Origin: Deferribacterales bacterium
GTDB lineage: Bacteria; Chrysiogenota; Deferribacteres; Deferribacterales; Geovibrionaceae
Direction: 5' to 3'
NCBI GenBank assembly: GCA_050251875.1
Contig: JBFWMA010000003.1
Span: 192,001 to 256,000, forward strand
Length of the DNA stretch: 64,000 nucleotides
Shown: positions 27,962 through 37,557 of the stretch, piece after piece
Numbering within the stretch: the stretch's first letter is position 1
How the letters are laid out: each line of letters begins with the position of its first letter
The notes under the pieces: generated by a model
Seen by the model: only the letters and a program-made list of their open reading frames with translations
The model's database searches: none
What the model was told of the DNA's origin: nothing
Made by a program: the position numbers and the translations under genes

Positions 27962-29455
27962 TCAGATATTGCTGAGAAAGATAGTGATTCTCGCCCCTTT
28001 GGATGTGTTCTCCGCCTTTATGGAGCCTTTGTATTTTTCTTCTATCAGTCTTTTCAGGATATAGAGCCCCAGACCTTTCTGTTTGCTGTTGAAAGATGAT
28101 GAGGTGTACGGCTCGAAAACAGAGCTGAGTATATCGGCTGGTATGCCTCCGGCATCGTCCTCCACAGTTATCATCGTGCCGTCCATCAGGGATGCGGCGC
28201 TTATGCGGATGCTGACCGTTTTCTGGTTCCTCTTTTTCACGGCGAATGCGATGTTGTCCAGCAGCTTTATGAATATTTCCAGAATATCCTGCTCGGTGGC
28301 TTTTATCTGGATATCTTCCGCCACCTCCACGCTTATCTTGAGAGTGGAGAATATCATAATATTTTTTATATATTCCACAGCGTGCAGACATTCCGTGTGC
28401 AGGTGAATCATTTCCAGCTCGTCATTCTCTTCATAAAGCCGGGTGAAGCGGGTTATGGTGCCTGACAGATTCTGAAGCTCATGCTGAGCCAGAGAAGTGA
28501 TCTCTTTGATATATTCCGGGGTGGCTGTCTTGTCCAGCACCTCTTCACGGATATCCTCCAGCATCAGCGAAACGGCGTTCAGAGGCTGGCGCCAGTGGTG
28601 GGCAATATTCATCAGCATGCCGTTCAGTGCTCTGTGCCTCTGGTGTTCGTATATTATTCTGGCGCTCTCTATATTTTTGGACGTCTCTTCGTCCACCTTC
28701 ACCTGAAGAGACCTGTTTATGTTTATCAGCTCGTCTGTTCTCGCCTCTATAGTGTCGCCCAGGCTGTTGATGCCTTTTACCAGAGAATTGATCTCGTTGG
28801 ACGATTTCAGTCCCAGATGCTCATAGTTTCCGTCCTCCATCCGGCTCAGGTGCGGAAGGATAATGTCGAAGGGCTTGCGCACCATGATATAGAAGATAAA
28901 GATGAAGAAAACGATGATAGCGGCTGTGAAGGTGCCGATACTCAGAATCACCGTGATGGTGTTCTGTCGGACTATCTTCTGATAATGCTCTCCGTTGGAA
29001 TATATTATGATATGCCAGCTCCACGGCTGAAAAGTCAGCTCGGCATTGGCATAGCTCAGGTCATCGTGATTTATTTTGTTCAGCTTGATTGTGTCTCCGC
29101 ATGAATCTATCAGCGCTTTTCCGTTCTCTGTGATGGCATAGCAGTACTGGCTGTAGTCGGCGAATTTATCCAGCTCGGTCAGCGTCTCCTGCTTTATGGT
29201 GGGTTCCAGGGTTCTGAACATCTCCTGGTCGCTTCCGTGCGTGAGAAACAGGGTGGTATACTTGCTCTCGGTGATGTAGAAAACCCTTTTCACCTCATTG
29301 TTCACATTGGACTGGGTGATGGTTTTCAGATCCTGAAGAGAGTTTTTATAGAGTATCTTCGCCCCCAGATATGTGAAGGCGATGCTGATTATGATTACCG
29401 GGGCAAAAACACGAAATAAGAGTGATGATAATAGTTTTTCAAAAAATCGATTCAT
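27962..29455 (-). CDS. Membrane sensor histidine kinase (HAMP)
   Basis: Two TM segments; H-box IAHHWRQPLN, EDDAGGI, KGLGL. Confidence 0.88.
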   Translation of the reverse strand: MNRFFEKLLSSLLFRVFAPVIIISIAFTYLGAKILYKNSLQDLKTITQSNVNNEVKRVFYITESKYTTLFLTHGSDQEMFRTLEPTIKQETLTELDKFADYSQYCYAITENGKALIDSCGDTIKLNKINHDDLSYANAELTFQPWSWHIIIYSNGEHYQKIVRQNTITVILSIGTFTAAIIVFFIFIFYIMVRKPFDIILPHLSRMEDGNYEHLGLKSSNEINSLVKGINSLGDTIEARTDELININRSLQVKVDEETSKNIESARIIYEHQRHRALNGMLMNIAHHWRQPLNAVSLMLEDIREEVLDKTATPEYIKEITSLAQHELQNLSGTITRFTRLYEENDELEMIHLHTECLHAVEYIKNIMIFSTLKISVEVAEDIQIKATEQDILEIFIKLLDNIAFAVKKRNQKTVSIRISAASLMDGTMITVEDDAGGIPADILSSVFEPYTSSSFNSKQKGLGLYILKRLIEEKYKGSIKAENTSKGARITIFLSNI

Positions 29456-30285
29456 TGCTTATTATACAACATAAATTCTTTTTTCATGCGTGAAAATATT
29501 GCTTCATCCGCCGGGACAGCGCCGTATTTGAAATTATAGTCCATCTGTTTGGCGTCTTTGGCATCCTGCGGGTCGTTAACAGGGTCGAAGCTGAGAATAG
29601 CATTCTTCAGTCTGTCTATCTCGTCTCTGCTCATGGTTTTTGTATTCGCCACGATGGTGAAGCCGGGATAGGGTTCGCTGGTAGATATTATTTTTATCCC
29701 CTGAAACTCATAGCTTTTGGCTATGGCGGTTTGGAGCGATCCTGTCTGCGCCTTGCCCAGCAGAACATCCAGCACCACGCTGGTGTGGTTTCCGCTGTAA
29801 TAATAGTCCACGGAATCTATCTCTCTGTTCAGCTTGCTGAACTCCAGAAAAGCGTTGAATCGTCCGCATGTGGAGAGCGGTTTTGTCAGGGCTATGGTGC
29901 CTCTGAAGTCTTTCAGGGAGCTTGCGCCGTCTTTCATGGCTATGATGGAACAGGAATAGCTGGGAGTCCCCTCCGGAGAGAGCAGAGTCGCTACCTTTTC
30001 CAGATACGGATATTTCCTTTCTATCTCAAGCAGAGGCAGCGGACCTAGATAGGCTATGTCTACTTTGCCCATTTCAAAAGCGTTTACTATCTGGGTGTTT
30101 TCCAGATTATATTCAGTCTTTATGTCCAGCCCGGACTTGCGGGCTATCATTCTGATGAAAGGTTCGTGAATTTTGGCGGATGTCTCCACCTTGTCTTTTA
30201 TCACAGGTGAATAGACCAGCGGCGAAGTCTTCGCTCCGGCGGGAACGACAACGGCTAATAAAATGATGAAAAGAAAACGCTTCAT
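29452..30285 (-). CDS. PhnD/SsuA-like periplasmic substrate-binding protein
   Basis: Signal peptide; GKVDIAYLGP, LSTCG, GNHTSVV. Confidence 0.8.
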   Translation of the reverse strand: MKRFLFIILLAVVVPAGAKTSPLVYSPVIKDKVETSAKIHEPFIRMIARKSGLDIKTEYNLENTQIVNAFEMGKVDIAYLGPLPLLEIERKYPYLEKVATLLSPEGTPSYSCSIIAMKDGASSLKDFRGTIALTKPLSTCGRFNAFLEFSKLNREIDSVDYYYSGNHTSVVLDVLLGKAQTGSLQTAIAKSYEFQGIKIISTSEPYPGFTIVANTKTMSRDEIDRLKNAILSFDPVNDPQDAKDAKQMDYNFKYGAVPADEAIFSRMKKEFMLYNKQ

Positions 30286-30455
30286 ATCATTTCACCTTTA
30301 ACAACGATTACTTATATCATTATACCACCATTGTCCGGAATTGATAGTTATTGCTACTAATAAATAATTATTATTTATTGTTTGCGTGAGAATTATTCAG
30401 GAGAAAATATGACGATATTCATGACAATGTAGTAATTGAGGGTATATAATTAAGT

Positions 30456-30884
30456 ATGAGGATATCTAAAAAAACTGAGTATGCAGTACACAGCATACTC
30501 TATATATCCAACAAGAACCGCTGTGTACTTCTGGATGAGCTGGCAATGCAGGGAATATCCAGAGAGTATCTGGCAAAGGTCATGCGTATGCTGACCAAAA
30601 GTAAAATACTCAAGTCCTCCGTGGGGGTTAACGGTGGATATGTACTGGCCAGAACGGCAGACATGATTACTCTCGAAGATATTTTCAATGCAGTAGAGGG
30701 CGAAAATTTTTACAAATGCGAAGCGGAAGCCAGAAGGTGTGTTTTAGGCGAGGACTGTAAGCTGTCCGTTATATTTCAGGATGCCAGAGAAAAATTTCTG
30801 GAAGAGTTGAGAAAATATACCATAGCGGATATAATGAGCGGGCTTGATTCCGAATTAAGCTGGCTCAACGCAGAGGTTACCTGA
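30456..30884 (+). CDS. Rrf2 family transcriptional regulator (probably Fe-S binding)
   Basis: MRISKKTEYAV, YLAKVM, GVNGGYVLA; C-X6-C-X5-C. Confidence 0.9.
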   Translation: MRISKKTEYAVHSILYISNKNRCVLLDELAMQGISREYLAKVMRMLTKSKILKSSVGVNGGYVLARTADMITLEDIFNAVEGENFYKCEAEARRCVLGEDCKLSVIFQDAREKFLEELRKYTIADIMSGLDSELSWLNAEVT

Positions 30885-31938
30885 CGCTCTCCCACCAGCG
30901 ATCCGCCGGCATATATACGCCGGGATTGACAGGCTCGCCCTGTATAGGCGTGGTATAGGTCAGACCCTTCTGATCCGCCTCTTTGGTGAATCTTTCTATG
31001 GGTTCTGTCCATACGAAGTCTGACAGCTGGAATGTACCCCAGTGGATGGGAAGCACAGCCGCCGCTTTCAGATCGGATGCCGCCTGTACGGCTTCTTCCG
31101 GCGTCATATGGTTTTGTTTCCATGCCTTGTTGTATGCTCCTATATCGAGCATTGCAAGGTCGAAACCGCCGTATGTCTCGCCCAGAGTCCTGAAATCGGG
31201 GATGTAGCCGGTGTCGGCGCTGAAATACAGCTTGTATTCTCCGGGCTCTATGACGAAAGACGACCAGAATGTCTTATTGCGGTCGAACAGACCTCTCTTG
31301 GACATATGGCTTGCCGGAGCCGCTGTAATGACGAGATCTTTCATCATGAACGATCCGCCCCAGTCGAGCTCTATTATCTTGTCCGGAGAAACTCCCCAGT
31401 CGGTGAGATATTGACCCACTCCCAGAGAGACGATGAAAAAGCGTGTCCTGTCATTAAGCTCGGTCACGGCTTTTTTATCCAGATGATCGTAGTGGTTGTG
31501 GGATATTATCACTGCGTCCAGTTCTCCTGTGTCCACTCCCTCTATGGGTTGGATGGACTCGAATCTCTTTGGTCCTATAAACCGGGAGAAAGAGGCCCGC
31601 TCGGAAAAAACCGGATCGGTGAGTATCTTCATATCGTTGTATTTTATCAGCAGACAGGCGTGGCTGACCCAAGTGACTTCCAGAGCGCCGTTAGTATCTG
31701 ACTGCACATATTCAGATGTCAGCTTGATAGCCGGAGGCGGAGTGGACGGCTGAAGGTCGCCCGAGCCGAAAAGAACCTTCATGGCAGAACCGAAAACACG
31801 GGAGCCTTTGTGTTCATCGGGGGCGGTGTTGTGAAATCTGCCGTCTCTGAAGTGATCGGAGTCATATTTTATATCGGATGCCGGAATAAAAAAATAGCCG
31901 GCGAGTACCAGAACTATTATCAGAACCCATTTAAACAT
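30877..31938 (-). CDS. MBL-fold metallo-hydrolase (NAPE-PLD/RomA-like)
   Basis: LTDPVFS, ISHNHYDHLD, ADTGY, PIHWGTF. Confidence 0.88.
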   Translation of the reverse strand: MFKWVLIIVLVLAGYFFIPASDIKYDSDHFRDGRFHNTAPDEHKGSRVFGSAMKVLFGSGDLQPSTPPPAIKLTSEYVQSDTNGALEVTWVSHACLLIKYNDMKILTDPVFSERASFSRFIGPKRFESIQPIEGVDTGELDAVIISHNHYDHLDKKAVTELNDRTRFFIVSLGVGQYLTDWGVSPDKIIELDWGGSFMMKDLVITAAPASHMSKRGLFDRNKTFWSSFVIEPGEYKLYFSADTGYIPDFRTLGETYGGFDLAMLDIGAYNKAWKQNHMTPEEAVQAASDLKAAAVLPIHWGTFQLSDFVWTEPIERFTKEADQKGLTYTTPIQGEPVNPGVYMPADRWWESVR

Positions 31939-31947
31939 ATAAGATAC

Positions 31948-33489
31948 CTATTTCCACTCTCCGAAATGCACTGTGCAGTTCCTGTCTTTCTTGGCGTTGT
32001 AGAGAGCTATATCAGCGTTCTCTATAAGGCTTTCTTTCCGGGTCTTTTTATCCGGAACTGATGTGGATATACCTATACTGACAGTTACGAAGACAGGTTG
32101 TTCATTCTCGTTTATCATAATCGGGGTTTCCAGAACAGATTTTCTGATGCTTTCGGCTATGTGTCTGGAGCCCTCTTTTGATGTTTCCGGAAGAAGGATG
32201 ATAAACTCCTCTCCGCCGAATCTGGCGGCGAAATCCGCCGGACGCTGGAGCATGGATGTGATGGACTGCGCCACGGTTTTCAGACATTCGTCCCCGCCTA
32301 TGTGTCCGTATGCATCGTTAAAACTCTTGAAATAGTCGATATCCAGCATCAGAACACTCAGTTCAAAGCCGTTTCTGACAGCTCTTTTCAGCTCTTTGTC
32401 CATTATCTGGTTGAAAAATCTGCGGTTGGGGATTCCGGTCAGCCCGTCTATGTTTGTCATCATCAGGAGCTTTTTATTAAGACAGCGGATATCGTCCATA
32501 GACCTGTTGGCGGTGTTCGCCAGCACACGCAGCTCATGTACGCCGCTCTCCGGCAGTCTGAAATCGTGATCCGGAGAATCTTTTATGGTTTTAAACCCGG
32601 TTGTGAGAGTCCTTACCTTTTTCAGAACGAATACGTTCATAAGGATTGTCACGGTTGCCGCCGCCGCTATGAATATCAGCATTATAACGCCTATGGCGGT
32701 GTAGAGCATTTTATCGGCGTAGAGAAAGATATCCCTGTTCAGCCGGAATATGAGCGTGAGATTGTCTGCGCTGTTGATTATGGGGCTCATCAGATTCAGC
32801 GAGATGGTCTGGCTGTCCTCCGTGAAGGAAGGCGTGAAAATTTCTGATCTGTCCAGAGTTCTTCCGGGGGCGGTGTTGTGCATCAGAAGGCTGTATCCGG
32901 AGATGTCATATGTGGAATGGATAAAGTTAGTGAGTGTCTGCACCAGAAAGATAAAGCCGTTGGGGCGCAGTGTCATGTTGGAGTCGGTGACTTTGCTGAA
33001 AACGGCCAGATACACTTCATCCGAGCTGACAGAGCGCAGGAAGAAGAAAGGCTCTTTGTCGTTATACATATCCATGATGTAAGCCTGTTTCGCTTTTATG
33101 GTGTCGGCTATAGACGCCTTGTCATCTGCTATGGAATCGCTGACGAGGGAATAGAGAACGTTCATCCCTGTGTCGGTGAAATACATGGCGTCTGCGTTGA
33201 TGTTCATAAGGGTGGCAGGAACGAGATTGCTCTTGATATAGCTCTGGTTTCTGTTCTGGATGAAGCTATATGTATCGTCCCAGACGCCCCAGTCCGTGGC
33301 TGTCTGCCTGAGTCTGCCGATGGATTTGGACGTGGTGCTTTTCAGGATATCCATCTGCTGGGCAATATATTTATTTTCGACATTTCTGAATGTCTTTCTG
33401 TATGTCAGATGAAAGAACAGACATACGGCGATGAAAGTCAGCAGAAACACCGGAATGAGCACCAGACTGGTCAGTTTACGAAGAGTCAT
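31948..33489 (-). CDS. CHASE4-domain diguanylate cyclase
   Basis: DWGVWDDTY (CHASE4); DGLTGIPNRR, RPAD I-site, GGEEF. Confidence 0.92.
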   Translation of the reverse strand: MTLRKLTSLVLIPVFLLTFIAVCLFFHLTYRKTFRNVENKYIAQQMDILKSTTSKSIGRLRQTATDWGVWDDTYSFIQNRNQSYIKSNLVPATLMNINADAMYFTDTGMNVLYSLVSDSIADDKASIADTIKAKQAYIMDMYNDKEPFFFLRSVSSDEVYLAVFSKVTDSNMTLRPNGFIFLVQTLTNFIHSTYDISGYSLLMHNTAPGRTLDRSEIFTPSFTEDSQTISLNLMSPIINSADNLTLIFRLNRDIFLYADKMLYTAIGVIMLIFIAAAATVTILMNVFVLKKVRTLTTGFKTIKDSPDHDFRLPESGVHELRVLANTANRSMDDIRCLNKKLLMMTNIDGLTGIPNRRFFNQIMDKELKRAVRNGFELSVLMLDIDYFKSFNDAYGHIGGDECLKTVAQSITSMLQRPADFAARFGGEEFIILLPETSKEGSRHIAESIRKSVLETPIMINENEQPVFVTVSIGISTSVPDKKTRKESLIENADIALYNAKKDRNCTVHFGEWK

Positions 33490-33557
33490 AGCCACGTCCT
33501 GAAAATTAGTATACTGAATATTTAGATCACTTGAGTTAATATAACCTTAAATTATCC

Positions 33558-34211
33558 TCAAATCAACGAAGAGGCGCCGTCCAGTGAAGATTTTAAATTA
33601 TACAGCAGGTGCCGTGGTTTATTATTTACTTTCGAACAGAAAATATCTGTCATGTGAGTCAGCTCTTCTGTGCTGTGGGCGACACCGGTCAAAAAACCGC
33701 ATCTTTTCATGAACGCGGCGTCAAAAGCGTTGCCGGTAATCAGAAATTCGTTCGCTCCGGCTGATGTCATCAGTCTGGGGATTGCCTGTGTTCCGCCGAA
33801 TCCGGTTATAATGCCCAGCTTTGCCCCCGGGTGAGCGAATTTGCTCTTAGCGGTTGCAAAGCGGAAGTCGCAGGCTCCGGCAAAATCCATGCCGCCGCCC
33901 ATGCAGAATCCGTCTATCTCGGCTACGACAGTCTGGGGCATGGTGCGTATCAGCCCGAAGAGGGTGTTGCCCAGACGGGAGAACCACTTCGCCTCGAACC
34001 CGCCGTATGTGCTCAGCGTGCGCAGATCAGCTCCCACGGCGAAACATCCGCCCTCGCCGTAAATTCTTACGGTTTTGACAGGGCTGGCCGCCGCCAGACG
34101 CAGGTTTCTGATTATATCTTTTATAGTGTCCACATCCAGCAGGGTGAACTGTCCTGTGGTCGGTATCAGTCTTATATAGGCTGTGAGTTCTTCAATTCTT
34201 GTTTCTATCAT
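33558..34211 (-). CDS. Enoyl-CoA hydratase/isomerase family protein (short, degenerate)
   Basis: FAVGADL, GFCMGGGMDFAGACDFR, GFGGTQ; start ATG 34211. Confidence 0.8.
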   Translation of the reverse strand: MIETRIEELTAYIRLIPTTGQFTLLDVDTIKDIIRNLRLAAASPVKTVRIYGEGGCFAVGADLRTLSTYGGFEAKWFSRLGNTLFGLIRTMPQTVVAEIDGFCMGGGMDFAGACDFRFATAKSKFAHPGAKLGIITGFGGTQAIPRLMTSAGANEFLITGNAFDAAFMKRCGFLTGVAHSTEELTHMTDIFCSKVNNKPRHLLYNLKSSLDGASSLI

Positions 34212-34212
34212 A

Positions 34213-35013
34213 TCAGAACCTGTAGTCTTCCCAGCGGTCTTTGAACTGCGGGTCACGTTTTTCCACGAAGGCCTTTGTGCCTTCTGTCTTGTCATAGGTG
34301 GAGAAGGAGAATGTGAAGGCGTTCTGCTCCAGCAGAAGCCCTTTGGAAAGCTCCATGTCTATGGTGTTGTTGATGGTCTCTTTTGCCAGTCCCACGGCGA
34401 AGGAGCTTCTTTTGGACATCAGATCAGCCATATCACTGCCGTTTTTAGCCAGCTCTTCCTTGTCTGAGAGCACTCTGGAGACTATACCCTTTCCGAAAAG
34501 CTCCTCGGCGCTGACGGGTTCTCCTGTGAAGACCAGATATTTCACGAATGTTTCATAAGTCTTTCTGGCGGCGAGCTGTGTTCCGCCGAAGCCCGGCATG
34601 AACCCGTAAGCCGTCTCGTTGAACCCGAAGCGGCTTTTCGCAGTGGCGAAAACCATGTCGCAAGCCAGAATCAGTTCGAAAGCCGGACCGAAGCAGTCTC
34701 CGTCCACCAGAGCCAGAACGGGCTTTTTCATGCTTCTGATCATGTTTATCAGACGCTGACCCCTCAGGTTATAGTGCTTGGTCTCTATATGATCCAGACC
34801 CTGGAGCCTGTTCAGGTCGTGTCCTTTGGAAAATATCCCGTCCACGGCGCTTCTGATTATCACCATGTTCACGGAGCGGTCGCCCTCTGCCAGAGTCAGA
34901 GCGTCATAGATGCCGTCCAGCATCTCCTGACAGACAAGGTTGCCGGTCAGAGAGCAGGCAAGGTCGATATAGCAGGCTCCGTTCATATTCTGATGAGACA
35001 CGGGATTATTCAT
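34213..35013 (-). CDS. Enoyl-CoA hydratase/isomerase family protein
   Basis: FSKGHDL, KPVLALVDG, ELILACD, PGFGGTQ, EGTKAFVEKRDPQF. Confidence 0.85.
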   Translation of the reverse strand: MNNPVSHQNMNGACYIDLACSLTGNLVCQEMLDGIYDALTLAEGDRSVNMVIIRSAVDGIFSKGHDLNRLQGLDHIETKHYNLRGQRLINMIRSMKKPVLALVDGDCFGPAFELILACDMVFATAKSRFGFNETAYGFMPGFGGTQLAARKTYETFVKYLVFTGEPVSAEELFGKGIVSRVLSDKEELAKNGSDMADLMSKRSSFAVGLAKETINNTIDMELSKGLLLEQNAFTFSFSTYDKTEGTKAFVEKRDPQFKDRWEDYRF

Positions 35014-35267
35014 CTAAACACCTTCAGCGCCGTGACAGCCGCCAGAAAAAGGACAATGAGCAGGCATATCAGAGCATATTTTTTTTCTTTATTATAAAAA
35101 AAGATTAATGCAAAGTAAACAAGCGAAATGGGCGGAACCATTATCAGTATAATCACTCCTAAATTGATTATCCTGTCGTCAGGCAGCAGAAGCCCGGTCA
35201 CCATCAGAATCAGGCTGGCGGTGACTCCTGTCCGCATGAGTTTGGATATAGTCTGTTCGGTTTTCAC
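35010..35267 (-). CDS. Small membrane protein (DUF1634-like)
   Basis: Three TM segments; follows a TauE gene, as DUF1634 genes typically do. Confidence 0.65.
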   Translation of the reverse strand: MKTEQTISKLMRTGVTASLILMVTGLLLPDDRIINLGVIILIMVPPISLVYFALIFFYNKEKKYALICLLIVLFLAAVTALKVFR

Positions 35268-36088
35268 AGCATCACCGATTCATAGAGCATCTGCAAGGCA
35301 ACGTACAGCACGAAGAAGATAAACATCAGTCTTATCTTTCTGCTCTTCACCTTAGTCAGTTTACTGGTGGAAAATTTTGACCCCATCACAGCGCCGATAA
35401 CCATTGTGGCGGTGGCGGCGGGGTGCAGATATCCTTTCAGCAGATAGGGAATGGAGGCGGAGGCGGATGTGAAGCAGACCATGAAGTTGCTGGTGGCTGT
35501 TGCCGCCTTGATGGGCATGCGGGCGAGAATGTTCATGGCGGGCACCATAAAAACGCCGCCACCAAGACCGAGCATTCCCGAGGCGAGCCCGGCGAATCCG
35601 GCGACAGAGCCGGTGGCGTATGGTTTTTTCACTGTATAATATTTCATGCGCCCTTCCACGGCGTCATAGTAATCGTTATCGAACTCGGATGTTTTTTCCG
35701 GCTTCTCCGCAAGAGATGTGTCTTCTCCCTTGCTGTTATACATGAGATATGCCGTCAGAAACATCGTGGCGGCGAAAACCATGGACACGGATTTCTGGCT
35801 GATGCTGACGGTTATCATCCCGCCCATGAAAGCTCCGGCGACAGCCATTGATTCCATAAAAAGAGCGAACCGGATGTTTACCATGTTTTTCAGAAGGTTG
35901 ACTGATGTAAGGCTGAGGGAGGATATCACGATAACCACCAGAGAGGCGGCTATAGCCTCGTGCACGGGATATCCGAAGAAGACCGTCATCACGGGGACAA
36001 TGAGCGCTCCTCCGCCTATGCCCAGCAGATATGCCAGCACAGAAGCGGAAAAACCAAGAATGAGCAGTCCGAAAAGTTCTATTCCCAT
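35264..36088 (-). CDS. Sulfite exporter TauE/SafE family membrane protein
   Basis: LLGIGGGALIVP and GMLGLGGGVFMVP repeats; KAATATS. Confidence 0.88.
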   Translation of the reverse strand: MGIELFGLLILGFSASVLAYLLGIGGGALIVPVMTVFFGYPVHEAIAASLVVIVISSLSLTSVNLLKNMVNIRFALFMESMAVAGAFMGGMITVSISQKSVSMVFAATMFLTAYLMYNSKGEDTSLAEKPEKTSEFDNDYYDAVEGRMKYYTVKKPYATGSVAGFAGLASGMLGLGGGVFMVPAMNILARMPIKAATATSNFMVCFTSASASIPYLLKGYLHPAATATMVIGAVMGSKFSTSKLTKVKSRKIRLMFIFFVLYVALQMLYESVML

Positions 36089-36119
36089 CTGCACAGGCTA
36101 AGATTTTAAATTAAATAAG

Positions 36120-36968
36120 TCAAGTGTCTGAATCGTTCAGGGGAAAATGCCTCTGGTCGGTGTTTCTGCGGAATTCTTTTTTCAGCGCTCTTTTGCTGGT
36201 GTCTTTCAGCAGTTCTTTTCTGATCTCTTTAGCATCGCTCATGCTCTTTTTGCCGGAGGGGTCAGAGTCCCGCAGTCCCTCGTATCCGTTCTCTATCGCT
36301 TCGAAAGCCTGCTGTAGAGCCGCTTCTCTGAAGAAGCCGCACTTCTGCTCGAAATCCGGCTGGGTGATCTTTTTCAGATATCTGGTGACTTTATGCACCT
36401 TAAGATGTTTCTGCGACAAAACCCCGAGGCGTATCGCCGCCACCTCTCTTTTGAACCAGGGGTCGCTGATCCCCATGGTGCGCAGAAAGAGCGATCCGTA
36501 ATGCGGCGAAAATTTCAGAAGCCGCTGAAGCTCGGCGCTGTATCTGTTCAGGTGCATGGATTCCTCCGCCATCTCCAGCAGAAGATGGGAGCGCATGCGC
36601 CCTGAGTTCACATATGCTATATGCTGGGGAACCATGTGGTTATGGGCGATGATATCGGCGGACAGGTGGGCGCTGTATCCGTATACGAACGCTCTCTCCT
36701 CGTCTGTCTCCGCCGCCTGAGTCATTTTGGACACGGTTGCCCAGCTGTGGGTGGGCAGGGATCTCTTGAAGGCGGAAAAATCCTTGAAAAGGTTGAACAG
36801 GTCCGGAAAGATATTCCCGCACATGAAAAATGACGGATTCAGACGGATGACGTCCACGCTGGTATGCTCCAGTATGTGCATGCCGATGCTGATGTGCGTC
36901 TCGAACCCCCAGGCGAATGCCGAACCCGGCAGTATGATTATTGTTAAAATAACTGCTAAAAATTTCAT
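36120..36968 (-). CDS. Zinc-dependent phospholipase C family protein
   Basis: Signal peptide ending AFA followed by WGFETH; GNIFPD, GYSAHLSADIIAHN, H..LE. Confidence 0.8.
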   Translation of the reverse strand: MKFLAVILTIIILPGSAFAWGFETHISIGMHILEHTSVDVIRLNPSFFMCGNIFPDLFNLFKDFSAFKRSLPTHSWATVSKMTQAAETDEERAFVYGYSAHLSADIIAHNHMVPQHIAYVNSGRMRSHLLLEMAEESMHLNRYSAELQRLLKFSPHYGSLFLRTMGISDPWFKREVAAIRLGVLSQKHLKVHKVTRYLKKITQPDFEQKCGFFREAALQQAFEAIENGYEGLRDSDPSGKKSMSDAKEIRKELLKDTSKRALKKEFRRNTDQRHFPLNDSDT

Positions 36969-37087
36969 ATAGTTTAATTTAGCACTGTTGCTTACGATTA
37001 CAACAGGTATAATTTGTAATAAAGATTATCATTTGGTTGACAATACTAATTAAGACAATTATAGTGTGTTTTAAAGAGGTGGCAGCA

Positions 37088-37321
37088 TTGAAGTACAGGG
37101 CGCTTGATCTGCTTAAGAGGACAGTGTATCTTCGGGATGTCTGCGATGAGCTGACAGAAGAAGAGGAGAGAGAGCTGGTCTCTGCCGATGAAGAGTTTAA
37201 ATCCATAAAATCCCGCCTGAGCGAAGATGAGCTCAACTGGATGTATCAGGGATTTGCCGTTTGGTACGACAAATTCATGAATATGGAGACTACAATGTTC
37301 ATAAAACCCAGAGGAGGATAA
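37088..37321 (+). CDS. Hypothetical 77-aa protein (paralogue A)
   Basis: TTG start after AGAGGTGG; aligns without gaps to the downstream ORF. Confidence 0.7.
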   Translation: MKYRALDLLKRTVYLRDVCDELTEEEERELVSADEEFKSIKSRLSEDELNWMYQGFAVWYDKFMNMETTMFIKPRGG

Positions 37322-37323
37322 AA

Positions 37324-37557
37324 ATGAAAGAAAAGGCACTGGAAATCAGAAAACAGATTCTCCCCATGAAAGACGCTTATGAAGAGCTGGATCCCGAAGA
37401 GCGCATCGAGCTGAAACAGCTTCAGAAAGAACACGATGAGCTTTACTCCGCTCTCAGCGATGCGGATAAGAAATGGTATGATGATAAATTCGGCACATGG
37501 TACACACAGTATCTTGAGGTCGAGACCAAGATATTCATCAAACCCTGCGAAGGCTAA
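37324..37557 (+). CDS. Hypothetical 77-aa protein (paralogue B)
   Basis: ATG after GAGGAGG; aligns without gaps to the upstream ORF. Confidence 0.75.
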   Translation: MKEKALEIRKQILPMKDAYEELDPEERIELKQLQKEHDELYSALSDADKKWYDDKFGTWYTQYLEVETKIFIKPCEG

